64,000 bases of DNA, from the sequence record LC647030.1; one strand, 5' to 3'. The position numbers and the translations under genes were made by a program. The notes below the pieces were generated by a model that was given only the letters and a program-made list of their open reading frames with translations, was not told where the DNA came from and ran no database searches. Below are positions 1 through 9,924 of this stretch, piece by piece; position 1 is the first letter of the stretch; each line of letters starts with the position of its first letter. The stretch is from Staphylococcus phage vB_SsapH-Golestan-100.

Positions 1-102
1 GACTTAGGATTAAAAGAATCAATTAAGATGATAAAAGAAAATGCTATTAAGGCTACACCTGAAAACCTAGCAAACTTTTTTATTTTAGAAAAGTTAGGAT
101 AA
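1..102 (+). CDS. 3' end of an upstream gene (partial; protein of unknown function)
   Basis: Open frame runs from the window edge to TAA at 100-102 (…KATPENLANFFILEKLG*). The 5' part lies outside the window. Confidence 0.4.
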   Translation, partial: DLGLKESIKMIKENAIKATPENLANFFILEKLG

Positions 103-106
103 GGGG

Positions 107-135
107 TTGCATAAGTTTTAAATGTGTGCTATACT
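107..135 (+). promoter_or_regulatory. sigma-A type promoter (TTGCAT-N17-TATACT)
   Basis: TTGCAT at 107-112, a 17-nt spacer, then TATACT at 130-135, upstream of the gene starting at 163. Confidence 0.45.
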
Positions 136-162
136 AAAGTAGTAATAAATAAGGAGGTTGTC

Positions 163-483
163 ATGGAGAGTATAAATGATTATATATCAGAAGTACTAAG
201 GGCTGTAGACACTGATGACACTGAGCAACTTGAAAAGCTTAAGGCACAGGGTAACAGGCTGAATACTACTTACAGTGAAGTAGCAGAGGTAATGCTAAAC
301 TTCATTAGTACATCTAACTTGCAATTAGACTTTATACAGCATACAATGGAGAAGAAACTAGAAATATTGATAAAGTCCTTGTATGATAGTAAAGTAGTAA
401 CTAAAGAGCAAGTTATAGAAATGAATACAGCAATGGACAAGTTAGAGCAATACTTAGAATCAGAAATGTATAAAAACTTATAA
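163..483 (+). CDS. hypothetical protein
   Basis: The ORF track gives 124..483. The more likely start is the ATG at 163 (MESINDY…), which sits 6 nt after the RBS AAGGAGG. Confidence 0.5.
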   Translation: MESINDYISEVLRAVDTDDTEQLEKLKAQGNRLNTTYSEVAEVMLNFISTSNLQLDFIQHTMEKKLEILIKSLYDSKVVTKEQVIEMNTAMDKLEQYLESEMYKNL

Positions 484-509
484 AAAAAACTAAAGGAGAT
501 TTTCAAATT

Positions 510-950
510 ATGGCTAAAAACAATCAACAAAACACAACAGTATCAACAGAGGACTTAAAAACTTGGTTAACTTACTTAGCAACAAAATCAGTAGAAGGTA
601 AAGAAGAACCAACAGAGATGGACTTAAAACGTTTAGAACGTATTTCTAAAAAATCTATTACTTTAAATAATGCAACAACAGTAGCTAAACTAATGAGTGA
701 CTTAGAAACACAAGACTTACGTAGTCAATTAGACTTACTACAACAATCATTCTCTGTGTTAGCTTATGTAGTACAACACAAATTAGAAATTACTGACTCA
801 GAGTTCCAACAATATGTAAGTGACTATGAGAAAGACTTAGAGAAGTATAAAGAAGACATGGTAGAACAAGCTAAGAAAGAACAAGAAGCCAAAGCTAAGG
901 ATGACAAAGTAGTTTCTATGGACGCTGGTGTTGAAGATGGTAAACAGTAA
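510..950 (+). CDS. hypothetical protein (146 aa)
   Basis: ORF with an AAGGAG RBS 8 nt upstream of the ATG. Confidence 0.55.
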   Translation: MAKNNQQNTTVSTEDLKTWLTYLATKSVEGKEEPTEMDLKRLERISKKSITLNNATTVAKLMSDLETQDLRSQLDLLQQSFSVLAYVVQHKLEITDSEFQQYVSDYEKDLEKYKEDMVEQAKKEQEAKAKDDKVVSMDAGVEDGKQ

Positions 951-1542
951 GAATAAAGGAAATACCTTTGAACGTAAGACAGCAGAGATACTAGGAAACT
1001 GGTGGAAAGCTAAGTTCAACAGAAGCCCCCAATCAGGGGGCGCAAGTTGGGCTTCTGAAAATAATGCAGTAGGAGACATAATCACAAGTGCAGAAGCTAG
1101 ATTTCCTCTTGTTGTAGAGTGTAAAGATAGAGAGAACTGGACTTTAGATAATGTGCTACTCAATAATAAGGAACCTCATACATGGTGGCAACAAGTTGTC
1201 GGTGATGCCGAAGCTGTAGATAAGTCTCCATGTTTAATATTTAAAAGAAAGTATTCTCAGATTTATGTAGCATTGCCTTATGTAGAAGATGTTTACATGA
1301 AGCTAAGAGAAAACACTGAACCTATTATGCGTACAGATTTTATTATTAATAACACAGTGAAAGATGAGCTTTATTATGATGTTTTGATTACGACAATAGA
1401 ATCGTTGACTTCTTTAAAACCATCTTATATTAGGTCTCACTATGACAATTTAGACTGGTCAGCATATCGTATAGAAAAAAGTGAAGTAAACAAAGCAACA
1501 CAAGATACTTCATCTATAGACGATATGCTATCTAATATTTAA
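928..1542 (+). CDS. putative Holliday-junction resolvase / PD-(D/E)XK nuclease (Hjc-like)
   Basis: The N-terminus reads GNTFERKTAEILGNWW…VGDIITSAEARFPLVVECKDRE. This is the Hjc-type E…D…E-x-K arrangement. The start overlaps the end of the preceding gene. A resolvase at this position fits Twort-like replication modules. Confidence 0.45.
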   Translation: MLKMVNSKNKGNTFERKTAEILGNWWKAKFNRSPQSGGASWASENNAVGDIITSAEARFPLVVECKDRENWTLDNVLLNNKEPHTWWQQVVGDAEAVDKSPCLIFKRKYSQIYVALPYVEDVYMKLRENTEPIMRTDFIINNTVKDELYYDVLITTIESLTSLKPSYIRSHYDNLDWSAYRIEKSEVNKATQDTSSIDDMLSNI

Positions 1543-1558
1543 AAGGATGGTAATATAG

Positions 1559-1960
1559 ATGACACATAAAGAAAGACCTTTACTTGTATACTTTTCAGCT
1601 TCAGGGCAAACTGAAAGATTAATAAATAAAATTAACCCTAGTAATAGCTTTTCTACGCAAAGAATAAAAACAGGCACAGAAAAGATTGATAAGGAATATA
1701 TACTTATCACACCTACTTATTTTAAGGGTCAGATACCTAAACAAGTTCAAAATCTTATTACAAATAACCATCCTCCTAAAGAAGTTATTGGAACTGGTAA
1801 TAGACAATGGGGACAAAACTTCTGTGGAGCAGGTAAAAAGATAGCTAGCATGTTTGGTATTAGGCTCATTGAAAAAGTAGAACAATCAGGACACTTTAAG
1901 GAAGTAGATAATATACTAGAATACTTCACAAGACACTATCACATAGAGAAAGCAGGTTAA
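1559..1960 (+). CDS. nrdI: NrdI flavodoxin-like ribonucleotide reductase stimulatory protein
   Basis: 133 aa. The LLVYFSASGQTERL N-terminus is a flavodoxin-like FMN-binding motif. The gene lies immediately upstream of nrdE. RBS AAAAGGATGG. Confidence 0.7.
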   Translation: MTHKERPLLVYFSASGQTERLINKINPSNSFSTQRIKTGTEKIDKEYILITPTYFKGQIPKQVQNLITNNHPPKEVIGTGNRQWGQNFCGAGKKIASMFGIRLIEKVEQSGHFKEVDNILEYFTRHYHIEKAG

Positions 1961-1962
1961 TT

Positions 1963-4077
1963 ATGGTAAAAGCTATTGGAGATTGGATAGATTTAAACAA
2001 TGAAATAATGCAAGTTGATGACAAAGGTAAAAACAAATTGTATAAAGATAAGGAAGCTTTACAGTCTTATCAGAATTATGTTAAAGAGAATACGTTGCAA
2101 TTTGACAATGAAGTAGAGAGAGTTAGGTACTTAACTAAAGAAGGCTTATATGATTCTTTCTTTGATTCTGTACCCGATACTATCATTAAGGAATTAACAG
2201 AGTTTGCTTATAGCTTCAATTTTGAGTTCCAAAGTTTTATGGCTTGTCAAAAGTTTTATGAGGGTTATGTTGTATTAAAACATAATAAAGATAAGTCTTT
2301 TAATTTTGTAGAGAACTATGAACAACACAATGTGCGTGTAGCGTTATATATGTTCCAAGATGACTACGCAAAAGCTAGAGCTTTTGTAGAAGAGCTTATG
2401 ACTCAAAGAGTACAACCAGCAACACCTACTTATACTAATGCAGGTAAAGGAAACAGAGGAGAGTTAAGTTCTTGTTACTTATTTAATGTAGATGATACTT
2501 TAGATTCTATGAACTTTGTTGAAAACAACACTAAGAATGCTAGTAGAGTAGGTGGAGGAGTTGCTATAGACTTCACTCGTATTAGACCTGCTGGAGCTAC
2601 AGTAATGGGTAATCCTGGAGCTAGTAAAGGTGTAGTTCCTTATGCTAAAGAGATTGAGCAAGGATTAAGTCGTATAGACCAAGGTGGTAACAGACCAGGA
2701 GCTGGGGCAGGGTATTTAAACATCTTCCATATGGACATCTTCAACTTTTTAGATGCTAAGAAGATAAATGCTTCAGAATCTTTACGTCTATCTACATTGT
2801 CTATAGGTGTTATTATACCTGACAAATTTATGGAACTTGTTAAATCAGGTGAAGACTTCTACACATTCGACACTTACGACATCTTCTTAGAATATGGTAA
2901 GTACATGGATGAGGTTGACTTTAACACAGAATATGATAAACTAGTATCTAATGAGAATATTAGAAAGGAAAAGCACTCAGCAGAAGACTTAGTAACTAAC
3001 ATTGCTAAAACACAGCTAGAGTCAGGCTATCCTTATGTATTTTTCATTGATACAGCTAATGAGAATCACCCTCTAAAACAGTTAGGTAGAGTTAAGATGA
3101 GTAATCTATGTACAGAAATCAGCCAACTACAAGAAATCTCAATCATTAAACCTTACTCATTGCATGATGATACTATCAAGAGAGATGTAGTGTGTACATT
3201 AGCTTCACTAAACTTAGTGAATGTTGTAGAGTCAGGAAAGCTACCATCAGCTGTAGACTTAGGTATGCGTTCTTTATCTAATGTAACTGCTATGATGGAC
3301 TTACCACAATTACCTTCTGTACAAAAGGCTAATGATGAATTAAGAGCTGTAGGTATTGGGGCAATGAACTTGCACGGATTACTAGCTAAGAATAGCGTAA
3401 GTTATGGCTCACGTAATGCTTTAGACATCGTTAATAGCCTATTCAGTGCAATTAACTATTATTCAATTAAAGCATCTATGGAATTAGCTAAAGAGACAGG
3501 TGAAAAATTCCTAGGCTTTGAGCAATCAGAGTATGCTAATGGAGAGTACTTTACTAAGTATAAAGCTAAATCATTCTTACCTATCACTAAAAAAGGTCAG
3601 AAAGTATTATCTAAGACTTATATTCCATCACAATCTGACTGGGAACAATTAGAGAAAGATGTTAAAGAGTTTGGATTATACAATGCTTATAGAGAAGCTA
3701 TCGCACCTACACAATCTATCTCTTACGTACAAAACTCTACAAGCTCTATTATGCCTGTACCTACAGCTATAGAGAAAAGAAAGTACTCAGACAGTGAGAC
3801 ATACTACCCTATGCCTTACTTAGATGAGAAAACACATTACTTTTATGAGTTTGAGTCAGCATATAGACTTGACAACAAAAAAATTATTAATACAAGTGCT
3901 GTAATACAACAGCATATAGACCAAGCAATTTCTACAATTCTATATTTACCTACAACAATACCTACAAATGAAGTAGTAAGCCTATTCTATTATGCATGGG
4001 AGAAAGGTTTAAAATCTATTTATTACGTACGTTCAGGTAAAGAGAGTGCGATTGAGTGTGAGTCTTGTTCAGTGTAA
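1963..4077 (+). CDS. nrdE: ribonucleoside-diphosphate reductase class Ib alpha subunit
   Basis: 704 aa with conserved RNR catalytic-core motifs (NLCTEI, the GYPYVFF region) and the C-terminal Cys pair (…ECESCSV). Confidence 0.9.
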   Translation: MVKAIGDWIDLNNEIMQVDDKGKNKLYKDKEALQSYQNYVKENTLQFDNEVERVRYLTKEGLYDSFFDSVPDTIIKELTEFAYSFNFEFQSFMACQKFYEGYVVLKHNKDKSFNFVENYEQHNVRVALYMFQDDYAKARAFVEELMTQRVQPATPTYTNAGKGNRGELSSCYLFNVDDTLDSMNFVENNTKNASRVGGGVAIDFTRIRPAGATVMGNPGASKGVVPYAKEIEQGLSRIDQGGNRPGAGAGYLNIFHMDIFNFLDAKKINASESLRLSTLSIGVIIPDKFMELVKSGEDFYTFDTYDIFLEYGKYMDEVDFNTEYDKLVSNENIRKEKHSAEDLVTNIAKTQLESGYPYVFFIDTANENHPLKQLGRVKMSNLCTEISQLQEISIIKPYSLHDDTIKRDVVCTLASLNLVNVVESGKLPSAVDLGMRSLSNVTAMMDLPQLPSVQKANDELRAVGIGAMNLHGLLAKNSVSYGSRNALDIVNSLFSAINYYSIKASMELAKETGEKFLGFEQSEYANGEYFTKYKAKSFLPITKKGQKVLSKTYIPSQSDWEQLEKDVKEFGLYNAYREAIAPTQSISYVQNSTSSIMPVPTAIEKRKYSDSETYYPMPYLDEKTHYFYEFESAYRLDNKKIINTSAVIQQHIDQAISTILYLPTTIPTNEVVSLFYYAWEKGLKSIYYVRSGKESAIECESCSV

Positions 4078-4104
4078 AACAACTAAGAAAGGAAGGTAAG
4101 ATGA

Positions 4105-5109
4105 GTGGTAACAATTAATGATAAAGTAAATAACTATTATAAAGCTCAGGGAATGCAAGATTCCCTTAGAGCTACAAATTGGAATAAAGAAGATGAGATG
4201 CTTGCTAATATGTATTGGAAGCAAGGTCTAGAACAAATGTGGGTTCCTGAGGAGTTTGACATTAGTAAAGACCTAAGTTCTTGGAGTAGCTTAACGGAAG
4301 AACAAAAAAGTTTAATAGCATATCATGAGCCTAGACCACTATTCCAATCTACTTATATGTTTATGGGAATGATGGAAGAAATTCATGCCAAGTCTTATTC
4401 ATATATCTTTACTACGTTATTAAGCAAGAAACAAACCAATTATTTATTAGATACTTGGGTGGAAGAGAATGAGTACTTAACAACTAAAGCTAAGTACATC
4501 GGTTATTACTATAAGCAACTTCTACAACCAAAACCAACTGTCTATGACAGATACATGGCTAAAGTAGCTAGTGCTTTCTTAGAGTCTGCTCTATTCTACT
4601 CAGGATTTTATTATCCTTTATACTTAGCTGGTAAAGGTATTATGGTAGAGTCAGGTTCTATCATTAGAAAAATTACAGAAGATGAAGCTTACCATGGTGT
4701 TGCTGTAGGTATTACTGCTCAGTATGACTATGAGCTATTATCAGAGTCAGAACAAAAGCAAGCTGATAAAGAAGTATATGAATTACTTGACATCTTATAT
4801 AAAAATGAGGTAGAATATACTCATACCTTATATGATAAGTTAGAGCTTTCAGATGATGTTATCAACTATGTAGAGTATAACTTTAACAGAGCACTTCAAA
4901 ACTTAGGTAGAGATGATTATTTCAACCCTGAACCATTTAACGCTATTGTTGAGAATCAAACTAACTTAGAAGCTATTAATAACACAGACTTCTTTAGTGT
5001 GAAGGTTACAGATTATGGAATGTCATTAAACATTGAAGCTTTGAGAGCATCAGATTTTGAGTTCGAGAACAGTAAGCAAAGTAAGATAGTAGATGAATTT
5101 TTAAATTAA
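4105..5109 (+). CDS. nrdF: ribonucleoside-diphosphate reductase class Ib beta subunit
   Basis: 334 aa. Di-metal ligand motifs are present: EEIHAKSY (E-x-x-H) and EDEAYHG. GTG start at 4105 lies 8 nt after AAAGGAAGG. Confidence 0.8.
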   Translation: MVTINDKVNNYYKAQGMQDSLRATNWNKEDEMLANMYWKQGLEQMWVPEEFDISKDLSSWSSLTEEQKSLIAYHEPRPLFQSTYMFMGMMEEIHAKSYSYIFTTLLSKKQTNYLLDTWVEENEYLTTKAKYIGYYYKQLLQPKPTVYDRYMAKVASAFLESALFYSGFYYPLYLAGKGIMVESGSIIRKITEDEAYHGVAVGITAQYDYELLSESEQKQADKEVYELLDILYKNEVEYTHTLYDKLELSDDVINYVEYNFNRALQNLGRDDYFNPEPFNAIVENQTNLEAINNTDFFSVKVTDYGMSLNIEALRASDFEFENSKQSKIVDEFLN

Positions 5110-5122
5110 AGGAGAATGCAAA

Positions 5123-5449
5123 TTGGAACAAGCAAAAACATTAGTAGACTTAGGAACATCAATCAAAACAAGAAAAGACTTATCAGTTATCTTTACAAAG
5201 AATAACTGCCCTATGTGTCAAATGCTATTCATTAGAGTAGGTAGTATGGAAGATGAAGGAGAGATTGAAACTCCTATCATGATTCATAACATTGAGGATG
5301 ATGACTATGAGAAAGCATCTGAACTATATGACTTATCTTCTACACCTACAATGGTAAGATTTAAAGATGGGAAAGAGATTGGAAGAGCATCATCAATCGG
5401 ATTAAGCCCTGAAAAGTTTGAAGAATTAGATACAGGAAATATTGAATAA
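5123..5449 (+). CDS. thioredoxin/glutaredoxin-like (NrdH-like) redoxin
   Basis: 108 aa with a CPMC (CxxC) motif about 30 residues from the N-terminus. It sits directly downstream of nrdF. Apparent TTG start 8 nt after AAAGGAG. Confidence 0.45.
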   Translation: MEQAKTLVDLGTSIKTRKDLSVIFTKNNCPMCQMLFIRVGSMEDEGEIETPIMIHNIEDDDYEKASELYDLSSTPTMVRFKDGKEIGRASSIGLSPEKFEELDTGNIE

Positions 5450-5458
5450 AAATAACAC

Positions 5459-5487
5459 TTGACTGTAGCTCCCTTTTATGGTATACT
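5459..5487 (+). promoter_or_regulatory. sigma-A type promoter (TTGACT-N17-TATACT)
   Basis: TTGACT at 5459-5464 and TATACT at 5482-5487. Confidence 0.5.
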
Positions 5488-5500
5488 CTAAATATACTAT

Positions 5501-6256
5501 ATGAAGGGAGATTTTTTGTTGAGTGGAGCTAAAAAGAAATCATTAACAATAGGAAACACAGACCGTTATTTCAACTTACATGTTATTCACAGGGAAGACA
5601 TAGATAGCATGGTTAAGGTAACGGAACAGACTGAAGATAAGGTTTTACAAGAGTTAGAAAAGCTAGAACAAGCATCTAGAAGGTATACACTAAAAGATGA
5701 CCAAAGGTATCTATACTTTAATAGAGGGTTTAACAACGATAGGCTATTGGACTTGTTAACATCACATGGGGGAGAGGTTCATTTCTATACAACAACAACT
5801 GTACCCTACTATGTGTTAAAACAGTTAGCTAAAAATAAGAACTCTAGTGTAATATATGGGTTATCAAACACATATACACATAATCAAATTGACAACATAG
5901 GATTGTCATATATGGCTACGCATGTTACTATGGACATACCAGTTGTTATACCTGACATTAATCCTTACAAGATTTTAGATAATCTTAGTAACCTAAAGAC
6001 AAATGTCGATGAGGTTCAACTATCTTTTCCTAGGTTGAAGGAGATAAGAGACAATCAAAAACCATATTATTCTTTTGATGGGGAAATGTATGATGTTAAA
6101 CCTGAAGAAAAAATAAAGTATGCTGAATACCTAAGAAATAGTCTATCTATATGGAAGATGTACTTGTATATCATAGCTAATACAGATAAAGATTATAAAG
6201 CCTTAGATAAATCAATAAAAGCAACAAAAAATAAACGTAGTGGTAAAAGAAAGTAG
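5501..6256 (+). CDS. hypothetical protein (251 aa) inside the nucleotide-metabolism/replication module
   Basis: Long ORF with no recognisable motif. The start is ambiguous: the ATG at 5501 abuts the -10 box, and an in-frame TTG at 5519 follows an AAGGGAG. Confidence 0.5.
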   Translation: MKGDFLLSGAKKKSLTIGNTDRYFNLHVIHREDIDSMVKVTEQTEDKVLQELEKLEQASRRYTLKDDQRYLYFNRGFNNDRLLDLLTSHGGEVHFYTTTTVPYYVLKQLAKNKNSSVIYGLSNTYTHNQIDNIGLSYMATHVTMDIPVVIPDINPYKILDNLSNLKTNVDEVQLSFPRLKEIRDNQKPYYSFDGEMYDVKPEEKIKYAEYLRNSLSIWKMYLYIIANTDKDYKALDKSIKATKNKRSGKRK

Positions 6257-6265
6257 GTAGCTAAA

Positions 6266-6586
6266 ATGGCAAAAAAGGAAAATAAAACAGCTTCTAGAAA
6301 GGATTTAGCTAGGTATATATCAAAGAGTACAGGTATCTACGTAGAGGATGCTGAATATGTACTACAGCATTTAGAGGATGCTATATCAAAAGCTGTAGAA
6401 GATGGTTACAATAAGATAAATATTGGTACATCAGTAGGTATAAGAATAAAACACAGAGAAGAAAGAGAAATTTGGGATGGTATTAGAGAACAGTATACTA
6501 TTACACCTCCTAAGCATTTAATAAAGCTAACACCATTGTATAAGTTAAAAAAAGCTGTAGAAAAGCTTGACTATGTAGATAAATAG
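6266..6586 (+). CDS. HU/IHF-family (type II) DNA-binding protein, TF1-like
   Basis: 106 aa. The HU pattern is present (…GYNKINIGTSVGIRIKHREEREIWDG…ITPPKHLIKLTPLYKLKKAVE) together with a short C-terminal extension (KLDYVDK). Phage SPO1 TF1 carries a comparable extension beyond the HU core. Confidence 0.6.
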   Translation: MAKKENKTASRKDLARYISKSTGIYVEDAEYVLQHLEDAISKAVEDGYNKINIGTSVGIRIKHREEREIWDGIREQYTITPPKHLIKLTPLYKLKKAVEKLDYVDK

Positions 6587-6624
6587 AGTTATACTTAGTT
6601 TATGTTTAGAAGGAGAGGATAGAT

Positions 6625-9600
6625 TTGACAGAACAAGCCAACAAAAAGGTACTTATTTTAGGAGAGTACCCAAGATTAGACCATTATAAAAATAATGTGT
6701 ATGATTACTTCAATACTCAAATGGGACGTACACTTAAAGCTGTAGTCAAAGAGTATGCAGGAATTACCGCAAAGGACTTTACATATCTTAACACTTGTAA
6801 GTTTGTTCCTGATGTATTACAGGAGCGTAGAGGTAAGGTTATAAAGTATAAGGAACCTACTATTACAGAGATGCAAAAAGGTAGAGCTGTATTAGATGAA
6901 GAAGGTAATATACAAAAAGATGAAAATGGTGAAGAGGTAAGAAAAGGCTCTTCATATATACAAACAACTAAAGAAATTCTTGAATTAAAGCCTGACATCG
7001 TTATGCCTACGGGTAAGTTAGGGGTTAAATTACTTCTAGACATTTCTAGTATAACAAAAGCAAGAGGGGTGCCTGTTAAGACAACGATAGAGTATGAAGG
7101 AGATAGCCATACATTTTGGGTACTACCTACACTCTCTATTGAGTATGTTACAGTAAGACCTAACTTAGAAAGACAAGTAGCTAGTGACTTTATGACATTA
7201 TCTAAGTATCTTAAGCAAGGAGATAAAGCTTTTGAGGCTGGAGATGTTAAATATGAATTAGTTACCAATATAGAACGTGTTAGAGAAATATTCAATAATG
7301 ACATAAAACAGCAATATGATGATTATAAAATTGTAGCATGGGATACAGAGACTAATACATTACAACCTGATAAAGAAGGTTCTAAAATATTAGTACTTAC
7401 TATGACATGGAAGTTTGGTCAAGGTGTTACAATACCTATTCATAAAGCTGACTTTGAGTGGCCTAATGGAGAACAAGACGTTCAAGAGATTATGCAACTA
7501 TGGAAAGAATGGTTAGCAGACAAGAGCCAACAAAAAGTAGCTCATAACTGTAACTATGATGAAAATGTACTACGACATGTTGCAGGTTTTACAGACATAG
7601 AAAGTGTCCAAGATACAAAGGTTGGGTGGTACTTAGCTGTATCACAAGAATCAGCAGAGTCTTTGAGATTATCTGACTTAGCTTATGAGGTAACAGACAT
7701 GGGCGGTTATGATACACCTTTAGAGAGCTTTAAGAAGTGGTATAAAGGAGACCTTCTGAAGTATCTAGAAAAAGAGATAAAAGAAAAAGTTAAAGAAAAC
7801 AAGAAGCTTGCTAAAAAGGTACATGGTATTAAAGCTACTGAGTATAAACAATGGTTAGAGGACAATATTGATACAACTAAGTCTTATACAGATGTTAGTA
7901 ATCAGTTTATTGCTCTAGATTTATTACCTGAGACCGTAACAAAAACATCTCTTATCAATAGTGAGTCATTCAAAGCGATAGTAGAAAAGTCACCTGAATA
8001 TATGGGTCTTTCTGACGATAGTAAAGCCTATGTGTTAGATAATGCATTAGAGCAAATTAATACAAACAAAGAAGCATCTAAGGTTCGTAACCAAGTAGAT
8101 GATAGTACATTTGACTATGACTGGATTCCGCTAGAGTTAATGCATCCTTATGCTTCAGGAGACACAGATTGCTGTAGACGTATATACACTAACGTCAGAG
8201 AACGACTAAAAGATAAGCCTAAGCTAGAATACCTTTTAACTACTAGCTACCCTAGACTTGAAAGAACACTAACTAAGATGCAATATAATGGTCTTCATTT
8301 AGATGTTGATTATGCTGTAGAGAATGATAAAGTCTATGAGGAGAAGTTAAAAGAAGTAGAGGAGAATATTACAAACCACTGGTCAGCTCAGGAAGTTATT
8401 TCTGAGAAATCTTACCTATATCAATTAGGTGTAGAAGAGTTTGCTAAACCACCTGCTGAAAGAGATAAGGTGTTAGCTAACTACAAGACTAAGTATAAAC
8501 CTGAGAAGCAAATATTTAACCCTGGCTCAATAGATGATAAAGCTAAGTTACTCTTTGAGGTTTTAGGTATGGAATTACCTTATAATAGAGAGTTTATTAA
8601 AAAGTCAGCTCTAGATGCAAATAAACCTGAAGATAAAATAACAACTAAAGACTACAAGACGGATAAAAAGGTTATTGCTCACCTAGCTAAGAGCTATCCT
8701 GAGCATAAAGACATTATGGACTTACTGTTAGCCTATTCAGACTATTCAACAGTACGTTCTACCTTTACATCAGGATTCTTAGAGCGTTATAATAAAAATA
8801 CCAGCAAGTTACATGGTACTTATAATAGCGCAGGTACAGAGACAGGTCGTTTATCTTCTCGTGCTCCAAACCTACAAAACTTACCTCGTAAGTCAACAAA
8901 TGTAAAAGAGTTTGGGTATAAACATCCTGTTAAAAGAACTTTTACTTCATCATTTGAGAATGGAGCTTTAATACAAGCCGACTATAGTGCCTTAGAGATG
9001 AGAATTATTGCCCTATTTACTAAAGATGAAGGACTAACTCAAGCCTTTTTAGATGGTGAAGATGTCCATAAGGCTACAGCCTCTATAGTGTTTGGTAAAC
9101 CTATGGATGAAGTAACAGATGAAGAAAGAACTAAGTCTAAAGCAGTAAACTTCGGATTGGCTTATGGTGAAACTCCGCAGTCATTCTCTGCTAAAAATGA
9201 CATGACTGTAGAAGAGGCAGAGAGTATATTTGAGCAATACTATAGAACTAAACCACAAGTAAAACAAGCTATTGACGATGTACATCAGCAAGCTATTAGA
9301 GTAGGTTATGTAGAGACTATGCACGGTCATAGACGTATCCTTAAAGGAGCGCAAAGTAGAGATAATCAAATAAAGAATAGAGCCTTAAGACAATCTTTTA
9401 ATGCTATTATTCAAGGTACAGGTGCTTATTTAACTAATATGGCCTTAACTTTTATTGATGACTTCTTGACAAAACACAATTATAAGTCTAAACTTATACT
9501 AACAGTACATGACAGTATTGTTGTAGATTCTCCTGAAGATGAGGTACTAGAGGTTTCTAAAGCTGTTAAATACATTATGGAAAACTTACCGTATGACTTC

Positions 9601-9858
9601 TTATTCATTGAACGTAATGGTGAGCGTATGAGATTCCCTGTAACAGCAGATGCTGAAATCGGTGCTAGTTATAATGACATGGTTGATTTACATCCTGAAG
9701 ATTATAACACATTTAATTCAGTAAAAGGGTACCTTAAGTTTTATGGAGACTTAGCTAAGCTTAAGTATACTAAAGATTCAAAAGTTATTACTAAAGAGCA
9801 GTACGATACTTTAGTAGAAAAAGTAGAGTCACAAAAAGACCTATATAGAAATATTTAA
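6625..9858 (+). CDS. DNA polymerase, family A (PolI-like) with 3'-5' exonuclease domain; no intron
   Basis: 1077 aa. Exo I motif VAWDTETNTL. Pol motif A DYSALEMRIIA, motif B KAVNFGLAYGETPQS, motif C VHDSIVVD. TTG start after AAGGAGAGG. Confidence 0.9.
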   Translation: MTEQANKKVLILGEYPRLDHYKNNVYDYFNTQMGRTLKAVVKEYAGITAKDFTYLNTCKFVPDVLQERRGKVIKYKEPTITEMQKGRAVLDEEGNIQKDENGEEVRKGSSYIQTTKEILELKPDIVMPTGKLGVKLLLDISSITKARGVPVKTTIEYEGDSHTFWVLPTLSIEYVTVRPNLERQVASDFMTLSKYLKQGDKAFEAGDVKYELVTNIERVREIFNNDIKQQYDDYKIVAWDTETNTLQPDKEGSKILVLTMTWKFGQGVTIPIHKADFEWPNGEQDVQEIMQLWKEWLADKSQQKVAHNCNYDENVLRHVAGFTDIESVQDTKVGWYLAVSQESAESLRLSDLAYEVTDMGGYDTPLESFKKWYKGDLLKYLEKEIKEKVKENKKLAKKVHGIKATEYKQWLEDNIDTTKSYTDVSNQFIALDLLPETVTKTSLINSESFKAIVEKSPEYMGLSDDSKAYVLDNALEQINTNKEASKVRNQVDDSTFDYDWIPLELMHPYASGDTDCCRRIYTNVRERLKDKPKLEYLLTTSYPRLERTLTKMQYNGLHLDVDYAVENDKVYEEKLKEVEENITNHWSAQEVISEKSYLYQLGVEEFAKPPAERDKVLANYKTKYKPEKQIFNPGSIDDKAKLLFEVLGMELPYNREFIKKSALDANKPEDKITTKDYKTDKKVIAHLAKSYPEHKDIMDLLLAYSDYSTVRSTFTSGFLERYNKNTSKLHGTYNSAGTETGRLSSRAPNLQNLPRKSTNVKEFGYKHPVKRTFTSSFENGALIQADYSALEMRIIALFTKDEGLTQAFLDGEDVHKATASIVFGKPMDEVTDEERTKSKAVNFGLAYGETPQSFSAKNDMTVEEAESIFEQYYRTKPQVKQAIDDVHQQAIRVGYVETMHGHRRILKGAQSRDNQIKNRALRQSFNAIIQGTGAYLTNMALTFIDDFLTKHNYKSKLILTVHDSIVVDSPEDEVLEVSKAVKYIMENLPYDFLFIERNGERMRFPVTADAEIGASYNDMVDLHPEDYNTFNSVKGYLKFYGDLAKLKYTKDSKVITKEQYDTLVEKVESQKDLYRNI

Positions 9859-9866
9859 AATAGGTC

Positions 9867-9895
9867 TTGACTTCTATTAACTCATATGGTATAGT
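9867..9895 (+). promoter_or_regulatory. sigma-A type promoter (TTGACT-N17-TATAGT)
   Basis: TTGACT at 9867-9872 and TATAGT at 9890-9895. Confidence 0.5.
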
Positions 9896-9924
9896 TATTA
9901 CAGTAAGAAGAAAGGAGTGTTGTT

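Noticed and set aside
6717-7304. 195-aa minus-strand ORF inside the DNA polymerase gene; also the ORFs at 270..530(-), 837..1163(-), 1528..1929(-), 2640..2825(-) and 9181..9369(-)
   Set aside because: All are antisense to well-supported genes. None has an RBS. Their composition is what results from reverse-reading an AT-rich coding sequence.
6625-9858. Expectation of group I introns or HNH inserts in the DNA polymerase (and nrdE), as in some Twort-like staphylococcal phages
   Set aside because: Both genes are single uninterrupted ORFs with all catalytic motifs in frame.
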